From assembly GCF_009914755.1 (NCBI RefSeq), contig NC_060933.1: a DNA stretch of 64,000 nucleotides. One strand, written 5' to 3'. The stretch comes from the human T2T-CHM13v2.0 reference genome, Homo sapiens. The notes under the pieces were generated by a model. It saw nothing but the letters and a program-made list of their open reading frames with translations. It had not been told where the DNA came from and made no database searches. The position numbers were made by a program, and so were the translations under genes. How positions within the stretch are numbered: position 1 is the stretch's first letter; every line of letters begins with the position of its first letter. Positions 1 to 12,570 of this stretch are shown here, piece by piece.

Positions 1-890
1 GTTTTAAATGCCTTCATAGATCTGTGACTGAAATATCAACACTATTTGTTATCTCCATACTTCAATGTTACATAAAATAATTACTCTTATATGATTAATG
101 GTTGCAATAAATATGTAATTAGAATTATATGTGACAGCATCATGGTCTACAGAATAGTTTATCTAATTAAAATTTCAACTGTGAAACTTCAATTTTGATT
201 AATTTTTATAAAAATCTGCTACTCAAATATTTAAGATAACACTCCTCTAACCTCTTTTACATATGTTTCTATGAGTCAGGTAGCTAGACCACACTGAAGT
301 AGAAAGAAAAGTACATAATAATAATTGAAACATCTTTATTAAATAATACATACAGTTATGATATTATGCTTTTTAGTGAACAATTTCAGGGTATTTTTCA
401 GCAACTAAGATGATTGATAAAAATGATTATATCAAATACTCTAGGATAGTAGAAGTGATACTTGATTATTATAAGTCAAGGGACTGACTTATAAATCTAT
501 GTTCTCCTAGTCTTTTTTTCACTGTTTTAATTTATACTTTCATATTTATCCCTATGTTTATTTGATAAATAAATGAAGTATGACAGGCTTAGAGAAATTA
601 TTCAGCCTACAATTTGTCTGTTGAATGTCCCTATATTACATTAAAGCATAAGGCTGTACTAAAAGAGTAAAGACACTTCAAGAGAAAGGACCACAGGTAT
701 GTGAGGTGCATGACATTTTCATTCAGCTTTATGCTCCCAGCACATCCAGGACATATTTGCTCCCTAGGGAATTTAGCCCTAAGATACTCTCTCTACACAA
801 TGTCAGTCAACAGCACATACAGCAATACTCATTTTTTAAAAATGGCCAAGTACAATTAACATTACTAAAAGTAGGCACCTGAATGGTGCA

Positions 891-1277
891 ATTCTGTAGG
901 TTGTCTAATTATTCTGTTATTTTATTTTGCTGTGTAGAAGCTCTTTAGTATAATTAGGTCCCACTTGTCAATTTTTGTTTTTGTTGCAATTGCTTTTGGA
1001 GTCTTCATCATTGAATCTTTGCCAGGACCTATGTCCAGAATGGTATTTCATAGGTTATCTTCCAGAGTTTTATAGTTATAGGTTTTACATTTAAGTCTTT
1101 AAACCATCTTGAGTTAATTTTTATATAGTGAAAGGAACGGGTCCAGTTTCAATCTTCTGCATATGGCTAGCCAGTTCTCTCAGCACCATTTATTGAATAG
1201 GATATGCTTTCCCCCATTGCTTGTTATTGTCGATTTTGTCAAAGATCAGATAGTTGTAGGTATGTGGCTATATTTCT
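891..1277 (-). mobile_element. L1 (L1PB/old L1PA) internal ORF2 3' fragment, no 3'UTR or poly(A)
   Basis: Antisense L1 ORF2 motifs: attctgtaggttgtct, aggtcccacttgtcaatttttg, gggtccagtttcaatcttctgcatatggctagccag, ttgtcaaagatcagat. Confidence 0.88.
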
Positions 1278-1775
1278 TAACCTGCCCTATATTACATGAC
1301 TAGTTAATACAGTGCCTGTACTGAAACTGAAGTCTGCTTGCCTTTAAACCTATTCAATCCCTCTCCAAATTTGGCTTCAACCTCATTCAACAATGAACCT
1401 TAAATTTAAGAGCTCATATGAATATGCTAAATTTCCAGACAAAATTGTTTTCCCCATATAAGCGGAAATTCCCTTGAAAGAAAAGACAGACAAAAAAAAA
1501 TCATCCTCAGAATGCTGTAGAAATGTTCTGTAAAAATCAAGATATTAAATATTTCCTTCCACATGTATTTTCTACAACTTTGTTTTTGATTCATTATTTT
1601 TGTGGTGGTAGTTATTTCTGTTGGAAATATTGAGAAAAACAACAAAATATTTAAGCAAAGTTAAAGGCAGAAGAGAGAAAACTGGAGCTGAATTAAAGCT
1701 ACTTCAGATCTGAAATTTGTCCCCCAGAATCTATCCAGTAGAAGGGAGAGCTAAGTCAAGTATCATAAGGGGAGA

Positions 1776-2003
1776 GAAAAGTCAAGTATCATAAATAAGG
1801 GAGAGTCTCGCAAGTTATTAATATTTATTAGCCATTGGATTGCTATATTTCTTAATTCTAAATCCCAAATTGAATAGGATCAGGAAAGAAATATTATAAA
1901 CTGGGGGTGGGAACACACTATAGAGAATTCAGTTAATTCTAGAAGCTGAAACAGCAGTGATACGTCGCAAGAGAAGAATGTGGAAAATTCTATTCCCTGT
2001 ACT
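1776..2003 (+). repeat. Copy A of 228-bp dispersed direct duplication (partner 2802-3029)
   Basis: Ungapped manual alignment, offset 1026, about 24 mismatches (~89%). Confidence 0.95.
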
Positions 2004-2675
2004 AAACATGCTGTCAGCATGTGCTTTGGCATGAAGTTATTGTGGTATAACCAAGTCTTAATAATCTTGTGTACTGAAGAGGGAATTTGAGAGATACATA
2101 CTCAGCTATGCCAAGTGGGTTATATAAAGGTTACTGTAAGTGTTTTGCATTGCAAGCATCCAAGGTACTCAGTGTATTTGCGATCATAGTGGCACCCTAG
2201 AGATAACAGTTAATATCCCTGAATCATAAAATCAGAAAGACATTCAACATTTAAATGGAGGAAAAGTCACAATGGTAAAATGCTTCCCTATATGTAACAA
2301 ACCAAATGAATTTACAAGCATCTAGTTAATACTAAAGGCAAGGGTGGTGATATAGAGAATGAAAGTGTCAGGGAAAACCAACATTGTTTGTTAACAAAGG
2401 ATGGAGAGGTAGAAGTTAATTGTATAGTACCAATTTAAGACCTAAAATATAGTATGATCATTGTCTTAATATGAAATCTTCACTCTTTAGCATTTGTTCT
2501 TTTACTCTTTTGCTTTTGGAAATGAAAAACCTGCTTTATGTTAGCTTCTCAATCAGATCCCCCACTATTACACCTCTTACCTTCTAAGTTAACCAGTTTC
2601 AAATACTCACATAGCAATGAGCAAAACTAACCCCAGCTAGTTAGAAAGGGCAACTTATTGTCTAACAGTGTACTG

Positions 2676-2763
2676 GAATAAGGGTAACTATATTCTAATC
2701 TAGGGAGAATAGAGAAAGAATAAGGTTAACTATATTCTAATGTAGGAAAAACAGAGAAAGAAT
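2676..2763. repeat. 42-bp tandem duplication
   Basis: gaataag(g/t)taactatattctaat..agagaaa twice. Confidence 0.85.
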
Positions 2764-2801
2764 CATTGAGATATGCTTTGTACAGAAGGTAACACCTTTT
2801 T

Positions 2802-3029
2802 GAAAAGTCAAGTATTATAAATGAGGGAGAGTATTATAAGTTATTAATATTTCTTAGCCATTGGATTGCTACATTCCTTAATTCTAAATCCAAAACTGAA
2901 TAGGATCAGTAAAGAAATATTATAAACTGAGGCTGGGAACACACTATAGATAATTCAGATAATTCTAAAAGCTGAAACCGTAGTGATACACTGCAAGAGA
3001 AGAATGTGGAAAATTCTATTCCCCATACT
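2802..3029 (+). repeat. Copy B of 228-bp dispersed direct duplication
   Basis: Matches 1776-2003. Confidence 0.95.
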
Positions 3030-5023
3030 GAAGAGGCTAGAAAAAAATTAAAAAGGACATAAAACATTGGAACTTTTAAAAACTATCCTATTAACCTATT
3101 AAACTCTTATAATTTCTTAATTTACCTGGCTAAAATTTTCACCTGTATTAGAGAAAGATTAAATGAGCAGGACTTGTGGTCTCAACATAATTTGGATCAA
3201 TAAGAATCAAGTTTTGACAAAAACACGGCAGAAATCTTAAGGAAAAGTGAACACGCAAATAATTTAAAATTTTTAAATTAGAAAAATAAATGTCAGTGTG
3301 CTATGTTGGAAATACTTATTTAAAGAAAACGATAGGGAAAATGAACAATCATAGTCAAATAATTCAAGAGAGGCAGGAAGTACAATTCCTACCATATAAG
3401 ATGATGCCAAAGTAAAACAAGGAGTATTTAAATGAAAAAAAAAAAAAAACCCACTAGGGCTAATGAGCATATTTTTAAGAAACAAAGGTCACATTGGCAA
3501 GAGAAAATAGAGTGACACAAATGTTTAAGGATACTACCAAGAAGACTAAAGCCCAGAACAAGCTGAATTTTCTCAAATTTGCTATGGAGAGCAAAAAAGG
3601 AGCTTTAAAAACTAGTTTTAGAATAAGACTATCGATTGGGGGAATATTATATAATAGTGATATGATACAAAAGAAGTTCAAATTTTTAAAATCCTGTTTT
3701 TACTTTGCATTCTGCATCAAAATGAAAGAGCATGAGACAGCAAATGACTGAACAAAACATTTAAGCATTTTATTCTCCCTGACAAAAGTTGTGGGAAAAT
3801 ATGAACAAAGCCTCTAACCATTGCAAATGAATTCAGGTCTCCAGTCTGCAATCAGAACTTGCAAATAAAACAGAAATAAACAAATAAATAAAATTATTAA
3901 CACTAAATAAATTAAGGAGACTATGAGAGGTACAGAGATATATCAGTAGGCAAAGGATGCTAATAGCTAATATACCATTAATTTTGAGATAATTTTGAGA
4001 TAGATGTCCACCGCATATAAAAAATAAGTAACAATGTATTTTGCAGGTAATCATTTTTTTAAACCACAAATACTAAAAGCCAATGTGCAATAAGTAATGT
4101 CTTGCAATATAAACCTCCTTCATTTATACTAGTTTTAGATTGGTACAGAAAGCTTTCAATGTCAATATAAGTATATCTTGTTTATAATAAAGCAATTGAC
4201 ATATTTTCTCCTTATATGCACCAAGGATAAATACAAGCTGAATATTATATTTCAGTAAAATTTTAGCAACTCTGTGCAAATAGTGCTGGTTAATGTTTTC
4301 ATTTTAACCTAATGGGTAGTCCTTATCTGATCAGTGGAGAGCTATGAAAGATCGCTTAGTTAATGGACTTCAAATGTACGATTCAAATTCATCCTGACAG
4401 CTTATAATAATGAATAGAAACCAACACACAGTAAACATTACATGGACAGATGTTAAATTCTACATTTAATCTTAGAAATGGAAGCACAAATATAGTATTA
4501 GCAAAATCTGGCCTCATTATAACTTACATATAAAACAAAAACACAGATGATTGTTTTTTTAACCATAAATTTAGTGTAAACTAACAGGGTAATATATGTA
4601 CTTGTTAAGTCATAATGGCAATACTATAAACATATCTAGAACCAAAAAAGGTTCATTGTGGACTGTTCCTGGTTACTCCCAGGCTACATCTGAGTTTTGC
4701 ATTCAGTTGTTGAGTAGACATTCTAAGAAGGATTTTCTTAAGCTTAGAAATGAGAAGCCAGAATGGTAAGGGACAATTATATGTATCCATTGTCATGAGG
4801 AAGCTGTCCTGTTAAGTGAGAAAACAATAAGTTTAAGTGAACACATGATACTTACATCCAAAACAGGTTCTCCTATTGCTCCAGAAGACAGAACTAATAT
4901 GCATAATTAGAAGTTATAAGTTATATTTTGACTTGAAATAAATACTGTCATCATAAGAACCCTCTCATGACGGAATGGCCTTCTATCACTGATTCTCTTT
5001 TGCTAAGATATAATACTCAAAAT

Positions 5024-5156
5024 GGATATCAATTAGTATTATATAATGTATCCTAGGTCTGAAAAGTTATATAAAACACTTTATTAAAGGGATATCAATT
5101 AGTATTATATAATGTATCTAGGTCCAAAAAGTTGTATGAAACACTTTATTAAAGGG
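5024..5156. repeat. 66-bp tandem duplication
   Basis: ggatatcaattagtattatataatgtatc...acactttattaaagg twice. Confidence 0.92.
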
Positions 5157-5694
5157 AATTTCAGAATATTTATAGTACACATCCCATTCTCTCTTTTAAG
5201 AGCAAAAGATTGCATGCAGAGTTCCATATATTATGAAATTCCTTTTTCAAGTCTAGGGTGCTGTAGAAACATTCTTTAAAAAGTAGTCACTATGCTATCT
5301 GATTTCAGCTCCTTGGTTAATAATAATTTAGTCTCTCAATATATCCCTTTTAATATCTGAAGCTTTTGGAAAATACTTCTCAGGACTACTAATCTGTTAA
5401 TAGAGTTTGGTTCAAAAACACAGCAAAGGATTTTACATAAGAGATACTTTGAGAAGGAGTTTGTAATAGATTCTCTCCAAAGTTATTTTCAGTTATAAGA
5501 TTTTTATTATTCTATTTTTAATAGATAGCCAGGACTATAAATCAATGAACATCAAAATACTCAAACTGGCATAACAGGATATACAGCACAGGTGGCATCA
5601 GAGTTTAAGAGCTCTAAAACAGCCAGGCGGGATAGTTATTGCTAAATAGATGAGATTAAAACACAAAAATAAAACCAGTCATAGTTTTCAATGA

Positions 5695-5950
5695 ATTGCA
5701 CTCATTGATTGCTCACTCTGTACAAAGTACTTTGCTAAATCTTATATATATATACACACACACATACACATACATATATTCACACACACATATATAAATC
5801 TCATGTAATATTCAAAAGAACTCCTATTATCTTCTATTAGACTCCCTATGAGGAACCTGATGCTTAAAAAAATTAGATAACATACTCAAGGTCACAGCTA
5901 ACAAATTGTGGCAAGAGAGAAAACATAGCTTTAACCATCACTCTACTGCC
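5695..5950 (-). mobile_element. MIR interrupted by (TA)n(CA)n
   Basis: MIR core-like atgaggaacctgatgct...ctcaaggtcacagcta, ending taaccatcactctactgcc. Confidence 0.7.
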
Positions 5951-6581
5951 CAGTTAGATCTTCAGATTTCCTGTTTCTTCATCAGGGAACAATATCATGA
6001 CGGAATTGGGTGGAACAACCCTTTAAGAAAACCGTAAAGTTGTTGAGGAGTGCTGCAACAACTCAAATTTGAAGAAGGAAGCAATGCATTGACCTCGGGA
6101 CTTCCCGTCACCCATCCTCCATGGATGGCAATGGTAATGAGAACAAAGAAGAGGAGAGGAAAGAACCTGAAGTGAATCAGTGCAGTTAAATACCTCAAGA
6201 AGAAGGCTACCATCGCAGGGTAGGTTGAAGCCTGACAGAAAGGCTGTGGTGGAAAGTGCTACAGACCCCCAGGTGGAAATCAGACAGACATGAGTGAGAT
6301 GAGTTTTCCAGAGACAACCTAAGTGAAATATTTAAGTAGATGACAGGATCTTGTTGTTAATGTGAGTTTTCTCTCAACTCTCTGAACATTAACTTCACCC
6401 TAAAAGACTTCACTATTTTCCAAAAAAAAAAAGAACCTGAAAATTGGTAATTTCCTTATTTTTTGTTCCTATGACATGTTTTAAAATAAAATAAGGCCAA
6501 TTTTGTTTCACATGAATTTTTATTATTTATGATTAGAAGAACAAAGAATATATATATTAATTGTATATATATGAATATATA

Positions 6582-6746
6582 TGGCTAGAACCCCCTCTCC
6601 AACCCCATCCTTGTAAACATTTGTGCCCCTGAATTTATCTACAATCTTGTATTTTAAACTTTTGTATAAATCTATCATTCCATTAGAAAGTAAACTATTA
6701 GAAAACAAAAAAACATATGTATATATACATACAGACCCATACATAT
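6582..6746 (+). repeat. Copy A of ~165-bp dispersed direct duplication (partner 8703-8869)
   Basis: tggctagaacccc...catacagacccatacatat at both sites, roughly 90-92% identical. Confidence 0.95.
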
Positions 6747-6833
6747 TATATCTAAATATATAATTGTATATATATGATGAATATATAATTAAATATGTAT
6801 GATATGCACATCTACAATTGCATCACAGAGAAT

Positions 6834-7039
6834 TATTGTATTGTATTGTATTGTATTGTATTGTATTGTATTGTATTGTATTGTATTTTTTAGAGACAGG
6901 GTTTCATACTGTCACTAAAACTGGAGTGTAGTTGGCATGATCATGGCTCACTGCAGCCTCAAACTCCTGAGTTAAAGCCATCCTCCTTCTTCAGTCTCCC
7001 AAGTACCTAGAATTATATGTGCATAACACCATGCCTGGC
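6834..7039 (-). mobile_element. Alu right-arm monomer (FRAM/AluJ) with (ATTGT)n tail microsatellite
   Basis: gagacagggtttc...gatcatggctcactgcagcctcaaactcctg...ccatgcctggc; ATTGT about 10 times at 6834-6886. Confidence 0.88.
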
Positions 7040-7167
7040 AAAAGTCATTTTAAATATATAACAATTTCATTTAACATTTTCTCCAAGGATAAAACTGCAT
7101 TTTGAGGATTTCTATGCTTAGAGATAATTTAATACACAACTATTGCTGCTTGCTTATTAACTGGTCA

Positions 7168-7198
<31 letters not shown>

Positions 7199-7689
7199 GT
7201 ATATACACACACACCTATTAAGTAAGCAGAATTCCACTGGAATTGTAAAATAATCTTAAACAGAACAATTTAAGCACTGACAAAAATAAACAGGCTGTTA
7301 CTTATATAAGCAAAGCACTAAGGTGAAAACTTCAGAACAACTATGAAAAATCAGGCTTTTTACAGTTTTGCAAAGGAGGTTTTTCAAAAATATATATTGG
7401 AGAGATGGACATCAGTCAGTGCTTTCCATAACACTAGAAATATTAAAGTCACACATACCCTGAGTAGCAGAGTAACTACCTGCTACTTACTATTTGAAAC
7501 TACACACCTAAAATCCTAGTATATTTATGCTCTCAATTCTGACTTAGGTAGGATAAAAGAGAGACAAAAGTTATGATTCTGATGAAAATGATTACATGCC
7601 TAAAATTGTAAGTCAAAAGCTAATTTACAACTGCCCCTTAGAAGAAACCTTTTTATTATCCTTGCAAGTATTAGCAATGGCTTCTAAAA

Positions 7690-7900
7690 TAGAGTGATTA
7701 AAATCATGGATTCTGAAGCCATAGTGTATCAGTTTAAAGCCCTGTGCCTCCACTAGAAAGTTGGGCAAACTTGGTAAAGTTACTTCAGTTTCCTTATCAA
7801 TAGATAAGGAATGTAGATAATAATGAAAACATCCACATTATATATATTGAATGAGGGCTACATAAGTTAATAATTGCAAAGTTCCAAGAGCACAAGCCCT
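7690..7900 (+). mobile_element. MIR
   Basis: gtgattaaaatcatggattctgaagcca...cttcagtttccttatc. Confidence 0.7.
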
Positions 7901-8024
7901 GCATATATCTCCATAAAGACTAAATTTGTCTTCTGATTTCTTGATATATGTAATAGAATAGAAGCTAATATTAATCGATCATTTTTAATACATATAAATA
8001 GAACGACAGCGAATGGAAACATAA

Positions 8025-8185
8025 GACCTTTTAGAGATGATGGGAATGTTCAAAAACTAGATTATGATTATCTAAATTATGATGATGGATGCACACAACT
8101 CAGTAAATGTACTAAAAACACTAAATTATATATTTAGGATACATGAACTCTATACTACATAAATTATATCTCAATAAAGCTGTTT
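8025..8185 (+). mobile_element. Old L1M (MC/ME) 3' end
   Basis: gatgatgggaatgttc...taaattatatctcaataaagctgtt terminus. Confidence 0.75.
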
Positions 8186-8434
8186 AATTATATGTGTATT
8201 TTATATTAAGAAAATTAAGGATAATATACACAAATATCTCAAGGATCCTAATAATTAGGGGAGAGATATATATATGTCTCTCTTTGATATATATATATAT
8301 ATATCAAGAGTCCTAAATAATTGGGAATCCCCTCAGCCAGGAAGCCCTTCTTCCCCCTCTTATCATCACATCTCCCCATCTTGTCATCCTGTCTTTCCCT
8401 CTCTTGTCTTCTCTTTCTTCTCTGTCTCCTCTTC

Positions 8435-8562
8435 TCTCTCCAATACGGTAGCCACTAGTGCACATGGCCATAGAGCTTTTGAAATGTCGCTGGTACAACT
8501 GAGCAACAGAATTTTTAATTTCTTTTGGTTTTAATTCATTGAAATTGAAATAGTCACATAGG
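8435..8562. mobile_element. MER3 (hAT-Charlie) fragment
   Basis: tccaatacggtagccactag...ttgaaatgtcgctggtacaactgag. Confidence 0.75.
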
Positions 8563-8702
8563 GCATGTGCTCCTGCTTGGTCTCCAGCTCTCTAGCGCTC
8601 TCTCTCTCTTTCTCTCTCTCCCCTCCCCTCCTTCCCTCCCTCCATCTCTCCCTCTCTCCTCCTATCTCCCATGGGCACACACACACCCCACATGTCACAG
8701 CT

Positions 8703-8869
8703 TGGCTAGAACCCCCCTCCAACCCCATCCTTGTGAATATCTGTGTCCCTGAATTTATCTACAATCTTGTATTTTAAACAACCGTTGTATAAATCTATTA
8801 TTCCATTAGAAAGTGAACTATTAGAAAAGAAAAAAATATATGTATATATACATACAGACCCATACATAT
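8703..8869 (+). repeat. Copy B of ~165-bp dispersed direct duplication
   Basis: Matches 6582-6746. Confidence 0.95.
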
Positions 8870-9078
8870 CTCCATGCTCTTTTCCTTAATTAACATGGAA
8901 ATATGTTTCATTTGCTAAGATAAAGTTGATATTAGAACAAAATAAAAATTAGATTTGTAACTAAAGACATCGTTCAGATAATGTATTGCCATACATTTGC
9001 AGAGTACCTATTATGTGTTAAGTAATGGGGGAAAAAAACAGGTACATCTCACTGCCTTTGAGGTGCCCTTAGTCTAAA

Positions 9079-9398
9079 GCAGGAGAAGGCAAACTAAAGT
9101 CACGGGACAAATTCAACCTGCCACCTGTTTTCCATATAGTCTATGAGCTAAAAATGTTTATAAAATTTTAAATGGTTAAAAGAATTAAAGAATTGTATTT
9201 TGCAATACAAGAAACTCAAATTTAAGCGTCAACAAATGAAGTTTTATTGGAACACAACCAAACTTATCATTTATTTATTATCTATGACTGCTTTTAAACT
9301 ATAACAATAGAGTTCCATAGTTGGAACAGAAACTATATGCCCCACATACTCGAAATACTACTGTCCAGTCTTTTACAGAAAAGAGATTCCAACTCTTA
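9079..9398. mobile_element. MER58 (probably MER58B, hAT-Charlie)
   Basis: caggagaaggcaaacta start, aagttttattggaacaca core, tttacagaaaag end. Confidence 0.8.
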
Positions 9399-10352
9399 GT
9401 TTAAAATGGAAGATAATTTGTGGTTAATCTTACTGGCTTCAGTGTTTGCTATTAAAAAGCTTCTTGAAATCAATTAGTCTGAGTTACTGGCAAATACACC
9501 AAACACAAATGTTTATTTGACAAGTTGGATATCGCAGTGCCTCAATCATTGTGACTATTTGAAGTTTTAGTATTTTAAAATTAAATACCCTGTTCTTAGT
9601 ACAGAAAGGGCCTATAACTATGAAAGCTACCATTCAGAAAAATACTCAGAGTTAAATGACTATATGATACATCTTGGATTTTCACAATTTTTCTTTAAAA
9701 ATCAAACTTTGATTTTTTTCTATAAAGAATCATAAAGAGACTTTGTGAAGTTATTATTAATCAATTGTTCCAAGAAAGATAAAGAACATTTTATTATCCA
9801 AGTAGCCTTATATTTTAACAAGGATGCATGCATAAATCTGGGAATAAAACTAGCAGTCTTAAAACAGAATCTTATTTTGATAAATCTACATAAATGTATC
9901 AATATGTAAATTAAATGAAGTCAATCAACAGAGACAATAGATCAAATGTTATCATCATTATATATTGATGTCTTATCTATTGATATAACATAGAAGCCAA
10001 TATTTAAAATACATGTATCATTGAATAAAAATTATATTTTGCATAAAAAGAACCCACAAACGGGCTAATAAAAATTACTTTAGTGACACTAATTTTCATA
10101 CATCCTTCCTCTGGCTCCTTTTCTGAATTCATGTATTCATTTAGTACTATAATTTCACTTTCTTGTAATATAGACTGTATCTTCTCATCAATAGTCCAGC
10201 TAACTTCAAGGACATCCTGGGACGGATGGAGATAATGGCACATCCATAGGTTTACAAATGAGGATAGCATGTATCAGATTTCATCATTGTCTGTATTTGT
10301 TTTCTGCTAAACACATAAGTTACACATGCTCTTGATTTTTAAAATTACTTAC

Positions 10353-10649
10353 TTTTTTTTTTTTTTTTTTTTTTTTTGAGACAGAGTCTCGCTCTCTCGC
10401 CCAGGCTGGAGGGCAGTGGCGCAATCTCAGCTCACTGCAGCCTCTGCCTCCCAGGTTCAGCCTCCCGAGTAGCTGGGACTATAGGCACCCACCACCACAC
10501 CTAGCTAATTTGCTTTTTTTTTTGTATTTTTAGTAGAAACAGGGCTTCACTGTGTTAGCCAGGATGGTCTCAATCTCCTGACCTCGTGATCCGCCCGCCT
10601 CGGCCTCCCAAAGTGCTGGGATTACAGGCGTGAGCCACCGCGCCAGGCC
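10353..10649 (-). mobile_element. AluY/AluSc with ~17-bp internal deletion
   Basis: Dimer with T tail; gttagccaggatggtctc; ggttca|gcctcc deletion at TCA microhomology; flanking ttttt(a/t)aaattactt TSD. Confidence 0.95.
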
Positions 10650-11559
10650 CATTTTTTAAATTACTTTCAAACTTCATTATCATATTCATAAATACACATA
10701 ATTTTATGTGCTTTCGTCAACTAGCTGTGGATACCTGGAATTGTATTGTCTGTTTTGAAAAATGCATTCTTAATTTATACTAGCATTCATAATTGTGATT
10801 TAAGATTACTTAGTTCTGAAAACACAATTGCAGGATTCAGGCTATTCTACTCATTATATTCAAATTTAACAACATTAATAAATAAACTCAAAAGTACGTC
10901 CAAAAATCCTGAACTGAATTGCTCAAAGTGATTTGTTAAAAAACTGCAATTGTCCCCCTTTATGGAATAATAAGTGACATCCAAGGTTTAAATGCCAGAA
11001 CATTCAATTTTATAAACATTCTCTTTTCATTCTTTCATGAAGAAGTTTACATTGGCCAAAATATATCTCAGATGGATATACTGTGATTGGAGGAGTGCAT
11101 TTTGAAATAATGTAATAGCTTTAATTTTTTTAATTTGGTACTAATAAGATCCTCTGCTCAAATCCCTCCCCACAATACCGTTTCTTTTATTTCGAATTCT
11201 TCTTCTTCAAAGGCATAAATGCATAAACAGATTTAGCCTATTCATAACTTTATTTTTATTGCTTTGATTAATAAATACTCATCTCATTGGCAAAATGATC
11301 TCTAATTTGAGAAGAATTCGCATAAGGGTAAATTTAAAATCCTGGTGTTTTAAGAGGAAAAGAGGCATTTCAGTTGTATGCTTCGAAGAGACAAGGGCCA
11401 TATAAGGGCACTGAGTTAGCAAAGGCTAGCAGAAAACAAAAAAGGGAACAAAAAAGGCAATAGAGTGTCAACCAAAAAGAAAGCTCCTTACATCAAAATC
11501 TAATTAATGCAGTGGTAGTGGTAACTCTCCTCCATGCTACATGAATGCTAAGCTATATT

Positions 11560-11845
11560 CTTTATTTTTTTTATATTTTGGACATACGGTCTGACTGTCA
11601 ATCATGCCGGAATGCAATGGTGCAATCAACAGCTCACAGCAACCTGCAAATCCTGGGCTCTAGTAATCCTCCCACCACAGCCTCTCTGTGCACCACCACA
11701 TCTGATTTTTTTTTTTTAATTTTCGTTGTTTTTGTAGAGATAGGCTTGGCTATGTTGCCCAGGATGGTCTCAAACTCCTGGCCTCAAGTGGTCATCCCGC
11801 CTTGATCTCCCAAAGCACAGAGATTACAGGTGTGAGCTACTAAAC
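11560..11845 (-). mobile_element. Degenerate AluJ
   Basis: gctatgttgcccaggatggtctcaaactcctggcctcaagtg; internal deletions. Confidence 0.88.
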
Positions 11846-11975
11846 CCAATCAAAAAACATTCGTTAAGACACTATGTTCTGGGAAGACACTTGACTAAGT
11901 ATATCTAAGTATATTTCATTACAAAGCAACATTGTAATAAGGTTATTATGATTATTTCCATTATCTATATATATT

Positions 11976-12242
11976 TGCATGGGACAGGGAGAGCACACTT
12001 GAAAAATCCTTTAGCCTTTCTTCAGCAGCAAGCATTTCCTTAACTGACTGTTATTAACATAATTTTGATAGGAATAAACTCTCTTTACCAATATTTAGGA
12101 AGCAAAGGAGAAAATATAAAAACTGAAAAAGGAGCAGCAATTAGACAGAAACTGTAGGGTAAAACCATGAGGCAGAAGGAACAGAATGAGTATGGTATAC
12201 GCAGAGTGGTTTTCATTTAGTGAGTGCTGAATAGATGGAAAT
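11976..12242 (+). repeat. Copy A of ~267-bp dispersed direct duplication (partner 13689-13956)
   Basis: Manual alignment: about 33 differences including 1 indel (~88%). Confidence 0.95.
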
Positions 12243-12374
12243 GAAAGCATATTACATATATATATATTATATATAATTGTATATAATAGATATAATAAAT
12301 AAATAAATATATATATATATAATAAATTCAGAAAGATGTAGAAATTTGCCCTTTTAGACACACAACGTAAGGGA

Positions 12375-12570
12375 CAGGGTTAGGATTCTAATCCTACCAA
12401 CCTAACACAACATTTTGGTTAGCTCAGTCACTTCTTCTGTTACCTTGGACAAGCCACTTAACTTTTCTATGCCTCAGTTTCCTTATAATTAAAGAGGTAA
12501 TAAGGATAGGCAATATTTAAAATGTGTTCAGAATAATGTATGGAAGTTAGCAAGTGCTATATAAAAGTTT
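12375..12570 (+). mobile_element. MIR
   Basis: accttggacaagccacttaacttttctatgcctcagtttccttat core. Confidence 0.8.
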
